Shown here piece by piece: positions 7,824 through 17,100 of a DNA stretch of 64,000 bases; the stretch's first letter is position 1; every line of letters begins with the position of its first letter. The translations under genes were made by a program, and so were the position numbers. The DNA comes from Anaerolineae bacterium (GTDB taxonomy: Bacteria; Chloroflexota; Anaerolineae; Aggregatilineales; Phototrophicaceae): the NCBI GenBank assembly GCA_022842885.1, contig JALHOR010000015.1, positions 2,219 through 66,218 on the forward strand. The letters are read 5' to 3'. The notes beneath the pieces are model-generated. The model had not been told where the DNA came from. It ran no database searches and was given only the letters and a program-made list of their open reading frames with translations.

Positions 7824-9230
7824 TCAAAATTCCTGATAGCGATGATACAACCCTAATCCCATCAGCACCAACACCAGCGCATACCCCAACACCCCCAATA
7901 ACCCTTGATTGCGCGGGAGTTCGGTTTGCTGCTGCTGCCAAATCGTATCAAAGACAGCGCGATTAAGCGCCTGAACCTTGAGGATGGCAGCGGCAAAACG
8001 CCCGTAGGCTTCTTCGCTATCGCCTGTATCTACCCCAGTATTCAGTTCAACAGCACCTGCGATGTCGCCTGCATCTAGCAACGTTTTCAAAGATTGATGA
8101 ATGCCCAAATAGTCTAAGAGCGCCAACCGCGCCGTTTCCATAGAAAACGCCTCACCCCCAAAGGTGATGTTGCCCATCAGAGCCACATTAAAATCAGCCG
8201 TGCGGTCATCGCCCAATCCCGCCGCACTCACGACACTGCCTGCCGGAATATCGCCCGCCGTCACAAACGAGCTTTGCAAGCAACCGGGTTCACGGCACAT
8301 CAATTGCTCGACACTGGCAATATTCGCCTCAAAGCGAGCATACCAATCTTCTTTGCGAGCAGTATCAATCACGGCACTACTTTCGGCGCGGTTGGCAAGG
8401 CTGGCGTACACTAGCACCCGCGATGCGCCGCTGATGCTGTAATACGAATCGAGCGTCATGCGCGTTAAGGCATCGGGCAGGGATAATAAATTGAGCAGCA
8501 TCACTGCCAACAACGCAATACTGGCGACCATCGCCAAATCCAGACTGGGCGTTAAATAGCGCCGAACTTTACGCCGCAGCCAAAAAGATGTAAAGACCAA
8601 CGCCAACACCAATATCCCAGCCGGAATTGCCAATAAAAGCACTTGCCCATAAATATCTGTCCGGGCGCGAGTCGCGGCATTCACCATCAATTCAAAATTT
8701 ATGGCTTCCAATTGTTGCAGCGCCGGAATGATGCGATTGCGTAAATTGTCATCGGCAGCAAGGTATTCGCGGCGGGCAATATCGCTGTCGCTACGTCCAT
8801 CGATCAAATTGCTGACGTGCCGCCAAAAACGCGAATAGGTGTAGGTATCGGCAACTGTGAAGGCGGTCGTCTCTTCGGCAGTTTGTAAATTACGCCGCAA
8901 GATAAACATCTCATCCCGATAATCTTCAAAATTGCGAAAAATATCGTTCACTGCCTGTTCAAATAACGGGGTATCGGAGGATAATGCCGTATAATCTGCC
9001 GTCGCTTGGCTGACCCCCGCAATCGCCTGAAGCGCCGATTCCGCAGCATCCACTTTGATGCTGTTCAGCGTCGCAATCTCCTCAAACAAACGGAAAGCAA
9101 CCGTATAGGCATTCACCGCCTGTACCGCTGTCAGCAAAATCAAGACCGATAGCACCACGCCATCCAGAATAAGCCGGACACGGGTGGTCAGATTCCAAGC
9201 TGAGGTGGTGCGCGTCGTCCGTGTGGTCAT
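7824..9230 (-). CDS. Four-TM membrane protein with two large helix-rich extracytoplasmic domains (GlnX-like topology)
   Basis: Hydrophobic segments at about residues 18-40, 196-218, 230-251 and 443-462. Arg-rich N-terminus and an RRKVRRY loop place the 155-aa and 190-aa loops outside the cell. No cytoplasmic output domain. Starts 12 nt after the upstream SBP stop. Confidence 0.75.
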   Translation of the reverse strand: MTTRTTRTTSAWNLTTRVRLILDGVVLSVLILLTAVQAVNAYTVAFRLFEEIATLNSIKVDAAESALQAIAGVSQATADYTALSSDTPLFEQAVNDIFRNFEDYRDEMFILRRNLQTAEETTAFTVADTYTYSRFWRHVSNLIDGRSDSDIARREYLAADDNLRNRIIPALQQLEAINFELMVNAATRARTDIYGQVLLLAIPAGILVLALVFTSFWLRRKVRRYLTPSLDLAMVASIALLAVMLLNLLSLPDALTRMTLDSYYSISGASRVLVYASLANRAESSAVIDTARKEDWYARFEANIASVEQLMCREPGCLQSSFVTAGDIPAGSVVSAAGLGDDRTADFNVALMGNITFGGEAFSMETARLALLDYLGIHQSLKTLLDAGDIAGAVELNTGVDTGDSEEAYGRFAAAILKVQALNRAVFDTIWQQQQTELPRNQGLLGVLGYALVLVLMGLGLYHRYQEF

Positions 9231-9242
9231 GCGTTGTGTCCC

Positions 9243-10322
9243 CTATTTCCCGGTTAAAGCGCGGACTTCTTGCCAAGTGGTGCTGAATAAGGTTTCAATT
9301 GCTGCATCCGATTCCAGAACAAACAATTTGCTCAAAATGGCATCGGGGGGATAAATCGCCGGGTCATTCAGATAATCTTCGTAAATCAAACCTTCATCTA
9401 CAGTCCGCTGATTAGGCGTGCCATACACCGTATAATTGGCAATATCGGCGCTGACCTGTTTATCCAATAGATAATCTATAAACACTTCTGCCAGCGGCTT
9501 ATTTTTCGCGCCCACTGGAATCACCAGACTGGTAATATCGGTCACAGTACCTTCATCGGGGATGGCATAAACAATATTTTGGTCGGGGAATTGGTTTATC
9601 GTCTGGAACACATCACCACTGTATTCAATCACAATATCTACCTCACCTGCCGCCAGCAAATCTTGCCCGGTATCATCGGCGATGACAGTCACATTTTGGC
9701 TGTTTGCCACCAGATAATCGCGGGCTTGTGCCAAATCCGCCGGATTACTGCTGCTCGGATTCAGCCCTAAAAGATTAAGCGCCACGCCCAACATCAAGCG
9801 ATCATAATCAATCCATGCTACCCGCGCAGATGATTCAAACACTTGCTGCCAACTGGTGATAGTTTGCCCCACTCTGTCGCGGTTGTAGCCAATGCCGGTT
9901 GTTCCCCATAAATACGGCACACTGTAGCGATTTTCCGGGTCGAAAGGACGTTTGACAAAATTGGGGTTCATATCGGCAAAATTGGGGATGTTATCAAAAT
10001 TCAGCGGTTGCAGCAGATTCTCATCTAACATGGTTTCCATTGTAAAATTAATCGGGATGACCACATCGTAGCCATTGGGATTGCCTGCCCGCAGTTCATC
10101 TATCAAGATGCTATCTTCTTCAAAAGTATCATACATCACCGTCACGCTGCACAACGCCTCAAAATTGGAAATCGTATCTTCGGCGATGTAGGTTGTCCAG
10201 TTATAGACATGCAGCGTTTGCCCGGCAACATTAACAGGACACGCCCAAAAATCAGTGGTTTGCGCGGCAACGATGCCCGTCAGCCATAGACCGCATAATG
10301 CCAATACCCAGAACCGAGCCAC
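9243..10322 (-). CDS. PotD/PotF-like polyamine-type ABC substrate-binding protein (orphan: no permease or ATPase nearby)
   Basis: GTG start with GGGGGA 6 nt upstream. Signal peptide MARFWVLALCGLWLTGIVAAQ. LHVYNWTTYI, KRPFDPENRYSVPYLWGTTGIGYN and VIPVGAKNKPLA match the E. coli PotD pattern. Confidence 0.85.
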   Translation of the reverse strand: MARFWVLALCGLWLTGIVAAQTTDFWACPVNVAGQTLHVYNWTTYIAEDTISNFEALCSVTVMYDTFEEDSILIDELRAGNPNGYDVVIPINFTMETMLDENLLQPLNFDNIPNFADMNPNFVKRPFDPENRYSVPYLWGTTGIGYNRDRVGQTITSWQQVFESSARVAWIDYDRLMLGVALNLLGLNPSSSNPADLAQARDYLVANSQNVTVIADDTGQDLLAAGEVDIVIEYSGDVFQTINQFPDQNIVYAIPDEGTVTDITSLVIPVGAKNKPLAEVFIDYLLDKQVSADIANYTVYGTPNQRTVDEGLIYEDYLNDPAIYPPDAILSKLFVLESDAAIETLFSTTWQEVRALTGK

Positions 10323-10533
10323 AGGTTTTCCCCCTATGCATCATCATTCTTATGCATGATTGTAACACAAGCAGCCAGCCAACATTGCAAAATCGCAGTA
10401 AAGAAACCCGGCAACCGCAGCACAATGAATATCCATTCCTAAAAATTTTTGAACCACTGAGTCGCTATGAAATACCATCACACCAAGAGATGAAAATTGG
10501 TAATCTGATTGACTGCTAAGTAGCATGTAGTTT

Positions 10534-10567
10534 TTGACTCAGCACTTAGTCCTCAGCACTCAGCACT
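10534..10567 (+). repeat. TTGACTCAGCACTTAGTCCTCAGCACTCAGCACT element, copy 1
   Basis: Near-identical copies at 55131-55165 and 61754-61787. A diverged copy is at 40731-40760. Confidence 0.85.
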
Positions 10568-10630
10568 ATTTTCAAAAGAGACCACCAAGACAATAATTTC
10601 ATCGGGTTACAGAAATCCACCTTCCATTCT

Positions 10631-11761
10631 CTAACGGCTAGGATGCAACTCAATTGGATAATTGGAGAGCAGTTCGCCGCCATGTTCCGTGACGAGATAC
10701 ATATTCTCGATACGAAAACCGCCATTAAGCTCCGATAAATAGACGCCGGGTTCCATCGTCACCACGCTGCCCACTTGCAGAATACCGCCGCGTTCTGGAT
10801 TCATATCCGGTTGTTCATGAGCGCGAAGCCCGATATTATGTCCGGCGTGGTGCGTCAAACCCACTTCGGCAATGGCAGGATGTTGGCGCAAACGAGCATC
10901 CAACCAATGATACAATGCTGTGCCATCCACACCGGGTTTTAGCTGTACCGGAATATCAGCAAAAATGGCTTTGATATGCTCAAACACCGAGTGCTGCAAA
11001 TCGCTAACCATATCACCGACAATAAATACTCGTGATAAGTCTGACCAATAGCCACGATAATTTGTCCACGCATCAATGATGTAGAGTTCGCCTGCTTGGA
11101 TTTGGCGGTCACGCGCAAAACCACCCCCTACCCCACATTGATAATCACCATTGTGATACACCTCTTCGCCTGCGGCGATTACCGTCGCTTGTTTTGCGGC
11201 GGCAAACACATCACATTCGCGCACACCGGGCGCAATCATCTTTTGGGCGGCATCATACGCGGCACAATTAATCGCTACCGCTTTTTTAATCAGTGCCAAT
11301 TCATCGGCATCTTTGCGGATTTGCATCGTTTGTAAAGTTTGGTCTATAGCGACCCATTCGAGTGCGCCGAGTATGGTTGTCGCCGTTTGCAGCAGCAGCA
11401 TGGGTGCAAATTCTGCCTGATAGCCGATGCGTTGGGCAGATTTGCTGGATAATTGTGTGTGGAATAACGCATTGGCACGCGAGAGCAAATCCGGGTGACT
11501 TGTGCCGCCGGAATTATGCGGATATGGCAAAAATTCGTTGACATACGGTTCGCCGCCCACTTCGGGCGCAATCAAAAACGTTGTGCCATCTGCCCCCAAC
11601 CAGAAAACACCGGGCAGAGTCACAGGTAGCACGGGCAATAATTTTCCCGTGAAATAATAAATATCATGTCTATCCGTAATCAGCACCGCATCCAAATGAT
11701 GTTCAGCGAGAATTTGTTGTAACCGTTGTTGACGTGTTAAACAACCATCTTGAGTGAGCAT
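10631..11761 (-). CDS. M24-family Xaa-Pro aminopeptidase / creatinase-like peptidase
   Basis: HHAGHNIGLRAHEQP, TMEPGVY and GGFRIENMYLVTE metal-ligand motifs, plus an N-terminal creatinase-like domain. Confidence 0.85.
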   Translation of the reverse strand: MLTQDGCLTRQQRLQQILAEHHLDAVLITDRHDIYYFTGKLLPVLPVTLPGVFWLGADGTTFLIAPEVGGEPYVNEFLPYPHNSGGTSHPDLLSRANALFHTQLSSKSAQRIGYQAEFAPMLLLQTATTILGALEWVAIDQTLQTMQIRKDADELALIKKAVAINCAAYDAAQKMIAPGVRECDVFAAAKQATVIAAGEEVYHNGDYQCGVGGGFARDRQIQAGELYIIDAWTNYRGYWSDLSRVFIVGDMVSDLQHSVFEHIKAIFADIPVQLKPGVDGTALYHWLDARLRQHPAIAEVGLTHHAGHNIGLRAHEQPDMNPERGGILQVGSVVTMEPGVYLSELNGGFRIENMYLVTEHGGELLSNYPIELHPSR

Positions 11762-11860
11762 ATCATGTATCCTTTTTAGCGTATTAGCTGTTAGCCTTTA
11801 GCCGTTAGCTATTAGCCTTTAGCTGTTAGAGCCTGTTATAGATTTGTCATTTACCGCAAT

Positions 11861-11940
11861 TTTGAACCACAGAGACACCGAGAACACCGAGATTTCACTG
11901 AGAAATAGGCTAAAAAGCTGATAGCTGACTGCTGAAAGCT
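11861..11940 (+). repeat. Composite repeat: TTTGAACCACAGAGACACCGAGAACACCGAG..CACTGAGAAATAGG unit + AGCTGATAGCTGACTGCTGAAAGCT unit
   Basis: The same two units recur at 45378-45427 and 45540-45564. An inverted copy of the first unit is at 51523-51563. Confidence 0.85.
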
Positions 11941-12047
11941 AAACACCTATTGAAAATCACACATGATAACATAAAGAACTATTACATTTACAAAACAGGC
12001 TCTTAGCTTTCATCTTTTAACTTTGCCCTTTTAACTTTGAACCCGCG

Positions 12048-12857
12048 CTATAAATCTTCGCAGCAGGTACGGCGTTTGATGATGTCGGTATTCAGCCATG
12101 TAACGCCCTGAATGGGCAGCCCGTTGATTTGTGCCAAAAGCTGCCGCGCTGCCCGCCGCCCTAATTCGACGACATCTGCCGCTACTGTGGTTAAGCCCAC
12201 AGTTTCGGCTTCGGGACCATCACCAAACCCTGCCACACAAATCTCTTGTGGAACGCGCCGCCCCTGCGCCCGCAGCACATTTAAAGCAACACACGCCATC
12301 AAATAATCAGCAGCAATGACGGCATCAAAAGTGATGTTGGTTTTCAAAAATGTTTGTAATGCTTGTGCCGCCACTGTCGGAATGAAATCACCCGCCAAGA
12401 CCCGCGCTGGTGGCAGTGGCAAGTGATGGCGCATCAGGCTTAACCGAAAGGCTTCGTCGCGCTGCTGACCATCTAACTGCTGCATATCGCCTTGGATAAA
12501 GACAAATTGCTTACACCCACATTCCAATACCATATAATCCATCAAGCGTTCAATTCCCTCCAAATTGGCGGGCATGACCGCCGGAATAGGCAAACTCGCT
12601 ACGGTGTGGCTAACGAGTGTTACAGCTTTCCCTGTCCCATGTACCAACGCTAGTTGAGCATTATCAAGCGCCGTCGTCAACACAATTACGCCGCTGCACA
12701 ACGGAATCGCTGAGGGTAAGGCTTGATGGCGCGGGTCAGAAATTTCGATGCGGACTTCAAAGTTATGCCGGTGCATCTGCCAACGAATACCATCAATCAC
12801 ATGACGCTGGAATACGGCATTCGGGTCATTGGTCACAACACAAATCATATTTGCCAT
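12048..12857 (-). CDS. LacI-family periplasmic-binding-fold ligand-binding domain protein lacking the HTH
   Basis: The protein begins directly in the sugar-binding fold (MICVVTNDPNAVFQRHVIDGI ...AVIAADYLMACVALNVLRAQGRRVPQEICVAGFGD) with no N-terminal HTH. Its ATG shares one nucleotide with the ROK stop (TGATG at 12855-12859). Confidence 0.75.
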   Translation of the reverse strand: MANMICVVTNDPNAVFQRHVIDGIRWQMHRHNFEVRIEISDPRHQALPSAIPLCSGVIVLTTALDNAQLALVHGTGKAVTLVSHTVASLPIPAVMPANLEGIERLMDYMVLECGCKQFVFIQGDMQQLDGQQRDEAFRLSLMRHHLPLPPARVLAGDFIPTVAAQALQTFLKTNITFDAVIAADYLMACVALNVLRAQGRRVPQEICVAGFGDGPEAETVGLTTVAADVVELGRRAARQLLAQINGLPIQGVTWLNTDIIKRRTCCEDL

Positions 12858-13987
12858 CAGAATAACCCCAATTCACGATGTAAAGCCCCCACCACTGCCC
12901 CCCGTAGGGTCAATTGTTGGCGGTTTGCCAGCGATAAATGAACTGTTTCCAACATCGTCTGGGGAAAGCGCAGGGCTAAACCACGCTGGATAGCATCTAA
13001 CAACGGTTGCCCGGTATCGCTCAACTGCCCGGCAAGCACAATTTCTTCCGGGCGAACCAACCCAATAATCCAAGTATAGACCTGCACCAACAACGCTGCC
13101 AATTCATCTACCAACTGCTGCGCTACCCTATCTCCATCCAGAAATGCCTGTCGCAGACCTAAATAAGTAGGCAAGGCGGCGGATAAAGAACTCTGGGTAG
13201 ACGCTGCCAATAAAGCCTGCAAGCGCATTAGCACTTGGTCATGGCTGAGGGCATTGACTGTCGTGCCGTCTGCCAGCGATAAAGGGCGTAAATCGCTGCC
13301 ATGCCGATACCCATTCGCAAAAGTCAAGCCGATTTCGACGGTATGATTAATTAACACCACCGCTAGATTTTTGACCCCACGCGGATTGTCGTAGACGATA
13401 CGGGCGCGGGCAGCCAATTCAGTATTATTGCTGACATAAACTGGCACCCTGTAACGGGCGCTCAACGGGGCGCTGATTGGCACTTGCGACCACCCCAAGT
13501 CAGTAGAGGCTTGGACAATACCCCGGTCTTCATCCACGATGCCCGGCACCCCCAACCCGATGCACAACAACGGCGCATCGCATTGTGCCATCAGTGCATG
13601 AATCACATATTCGATGGCGGTCATCAACGGCAAATCAGCCCGGTTTAATTGGTGGCGGGCAACAATGGCAGCATTCAAATTTGCCAAACACCCCATAATC
13701 ACATCATCGTTGATGGCAATGCCAATCACTTGCCGCGCAATGGGTACGAAACGCAGCAGCGTTGGGCGTTTGCCGCCGCCTGCCGTTGAAGCGCCTTGCC
13801 CGGTTTCTTCAACCAAGCCTTGCCCCATGAGTTCACTCACAATATCGGACACGGTGGGTTTGGCAAGACCTGTTTCTTCGGAAAGGGTGGCACGGCTGCA
13901 ACCGGGTTGTTCATAAATGGAGCGCAGCAGCAGTTGGCGATTATGCTTTTTGAGTTGCTGCCGGGTGGCTTTGTGATGGCGATTCAT
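12857..13987 (-). CDS. ROK-family transcriptional regulator (wHTH + ROK sugar-kinase fold)
   Basis: LKKHNRQLLLRSIYEQPGCSRATLSEETGLAKPTVSDIVSELMGQGLVEE wHTH followed by a ROK fold. I prefer the ATG at 13987, because the track's TTG at 14053 abuts the terminator T-tract. Confidence 0.8.
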   Translation of the reverse strand: MNRHHKATRQQLKKHNRQLLLRSIYEQPGCSRATLSEETGLAKPTVSDIVSELMGQGLVEETGQGASTAGGGKRPTLLRFVPIARQVIGIAINDDVIMGCLANLNAAIVARHQLNRADLPLMTAIEYVIHALMAQCDAPLLCIGLGVPGIVDEDRGIVQASTDLGWSQVPISAPLSARYRVPVYVSNNTELAARARIVYDNPRGVKNLAVVLINHTVEIGLTFANGYRHGSDLRPLSLADGTTVNALSHDQVLMRLQALLAASTQSSLSAALPTYLGLRQAFLDGDRVAQQLVDELAALLVQVYTWIIGLVRPEEIVLAGQLSDTGQPLLDAIQRGLALRFPQTMLETVHLSLANRQQLTLRGAVVGALHRELGLF

Positions 13988-14054
13988 CAAATACAATATC
14001 TTTCGGGATAACAATGATGGGGTGATTATGCCGCGTTTTTTGTCATCCGCCAAA

Positions 14055-14091
14055 CAATAAAAATAGCCCTTCCTGGGTAAAGAGAAGGGCT
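14055..14091 (-). terminator. Intrinsic terminator after the giant surface-protein gene
   Basis: On the reverse strand: AGCCCTTC-11 nt loop-GAAGGGCT, followed by ATTTTTATTGTTT. Confidence 0.6.
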
Positions 14092-14179
14092 GATAAAGAG
14101 GGAGGCAACTGCCCCCGATGACACGAAACTGGCAACCGTGTGTGGGTTAGAGGTGAAAAACCGGCTGCCAGACTGTGTT

Positions 14180-17100
14180 TTAACGATAGTGCCGCCGCCG
14201 GATGACCCGGAAAGCGACAACGGAAATTGTCATTACAACAGCGCCAAATGCTGCCAACAAGAGCAGACGCACGCCACTCCACGGTGATTCACCCGTGCGC
14301 GGCAAAGTCGTCACCACGCGGGCAGTCACCGACCGCGCTTGTCCACCGGGGATATTATCAGCGACGATGGTTGCCGTATTATTGACTTCCACCCCGCCGC
14401 GCAGCACAGTCGTAAAGATGCTCATCTGTACAGCTTCGCCCGGTGCTAGGTCGCCCAGTGAGAATGTCACCGTTTGCCCAGAAACACTCGCTGTCCCTTT
14501 GGAAGTAATCGCCCGGTCAACGCGCAGTTCACTCCGCAAGTTATCAGTCACGATAACATTGGTGCCTACGATAGTGCCAATGTTACGTGCCACAATCACC
14601 CATTCAATTTGTTCGCCGTTAACGCCCAATTGTCCGGGCAGCAGCAGCCCAATCTTGCTTAAACCGGGGTCAAAGACCGAAATTTGCGGATTCACTGTCA
14701 CTGAGCCAGCCACCTGTGCGCCCGGCGGTAGCGGTTGACCATCGGGACCAATTTGTGCCGGATTAGCCACATTGCCAGGAGGGGCATCTACCACCGTCAC
14801 GGTGACAGTCGCGGTATCGCACAAGCCGGACAAATCGCAAATCGTGTAAATGAAGCTGAGTGTCCCCACAAAATCTGTCCCCGGTTGCACACGCATTGTG
14901 CCGGTAACTGGATTGATGCTGGCGATGAAACCGTTGATGGGTTCGGTGATATGGATGACACTGCCCGGATTTAGCGCATTTTCAGGGTCAAAATCGTTCA
15001 GCACCACTGGCACTTCAATCGCCTGATTTTTGTTCGTTTGCGCCACATCATCCGCGGCAATCGGCGGCAAATTCCCACCAATCAACACCTGAACAGTGGC
15101 AGCCGCAACCACTGCGCCAGCCCCATCTGAGGCGGTGAAAGTACGGGTGTAATCCGTCGCCGGAGCCACTGCATCGGTGCAGGTAAAGGTCTGTTGAGCG
15201 CCAATCGCTAAGTCAAAAGCCGGAATGATACAGGTTTCTGGCAGACCCGCTGAATTGGTAATGGCAAACGAAATTCCGGTTAGGTTAGTATTGCCATTAT
15301 TGCGGATAGACAGGTTGAAGGTAACGGGCTGACCTGTGCCGACAGTTTGGGTATTGGGTGTCACGCTAACAAATAACGATGGCGCATTGATATTTTGGAC
15401 AATCGTGACGGTCGCCACATTAGACACGTTGGTGGTGATGTCGCGGATGGTATAGGTGAGCGTTACACTGCCCAAAGTTGGCACAGCCGGCGCAGTGTAA
15501 TCAATATTTTGACCATTCACCACGGCTGTCCCTTCGGCTGGAGCCGTAACAATCGTCACAGCGACAGCGCCGGGCGCAAAGGTATCGTTGGCAGTCACAT
15601 TCACCCCCACCGTTGCCCCCGCCGCGACCACCGCCACATCATTGACGGCAACGGGTGCGGGCAGCGGATTCACTGTAATCGTCACAATGGCAATGGCAAC
15701 ATCCGCGCCATTAACAATCTGATAAGTGAACGTATCGGTGCCGCTGAACCCGGCATTGGGCGTATACGTGAACGAGCCATCGTTAGCCGTCGTCAAGATG
15801 CCGTTATCCACGTTATCGGTCACATTCACTGTGACACCAGCCACCGGATAAATATCATTCGCCAAGATACCCGGCGCAGCCGTCAGCAGTGTTTGCCCCT
15901 GATTCACATTATAAGCATCGTTGGTAGCTGCCACGCTCGACAACGGATTGACTGTAATGGTCACTGTCGCCGGGGCGCTGGTTGCTGTACCATCCGTGAC
16001 GGTGTAATTAAATGTGTAAACTCCGGCGAATGTAGCATCGGGCGCGAAGAACAGTGACCCATCAGGATTGACGCCCAACCATGCCGGATTACCCGAATGT
16101 CCCGTAGGGGCAACCACCGTGATGATGGCGTTATCTACATCGGTATCATTAGCAAGAATGCCGGGTGCTGCCACACTTAAGATGGTGGCTTGCGTGATAA
16201 CAAAGGCATCGGCAACGGCGACAGGTGCATCGTTGACTGGCGTTACCGTAATGGTGACAATCGCCGTATCGAGATTTGTTGCCCCATCATCCAATTGATA
16301 GACAAACGTATCTGTGCCGTTGAAATTGGCATTCGGCGTGTAGGTAAACGACCCATTAGGATTCATGACTAATATACCGTTATCCACATTGTCCATGATG
16401 GTGATGGTCACGCCGCCGACCGGCACAGTATCGTTACCGAGAATGCCGGGGGCAGGAACGTTCAATACCGTATCTTCGTTGGTGGTATAAATATCATCAT
16501 TGGCAACCACCACCGGCGGATTGACATTGATAGTGACCGTCGCCACATCGGTTACGCCGCCGCTGGTCACATTGTATTGGAATGTATCAGCACCCAAGAA
16601 ACCAGCATTCGGTGTATAACTGAACGACCCATCAGCGTTGAAAACGAGCGTTCCATTATCTACATTATCTACGAGAGCAACGGTTGCCCCAACTGGGAAT
16701 ACATCATTCGCCAAGTAACCCGGCGCAGCCGTCAGCAGCGTTTGTCCAGAGATAACCGCATAAGTATCATTCACCGCCGCCAGAATATTCACAGTCACGG
16801 TCGCTACATCGTTATTGACGCTATCGGTTGCCGTATACGTGAATGTGACCGGCGTGGTGCTGCCCGCTGTGTGCTGGAAGGTGAAACTGCCATTAGCATT
16901 GAGGGCGAACCCAGTCACACCGATAGGCGGTGTCGCAACAGTGGCGGTCATCCCCGTTGCCGGGAAGTCGTTTAACAAGACACCCTGTGCCACTGGAATA
17001 TTGGCTAGCGAACCTTCAGCAATCAGATAGGTATCATTGACTGCATCCACTGGAACAGCTGCATTATTAAAGGTACAAGTCGCGGTTGCGCCTTCTGCCA

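Noticed and set aside
13988-14053. TTG start at 14053 for the ROK regulator (track coordinates)
   Set aside because: The TTG abuts the T-tract of the upstream terminator hairpin (14055-14091) and has no SD. The ATG at 13987 places the wHTH at the usual distance from the N-terminus. The longer form cannot be strictly excluded.
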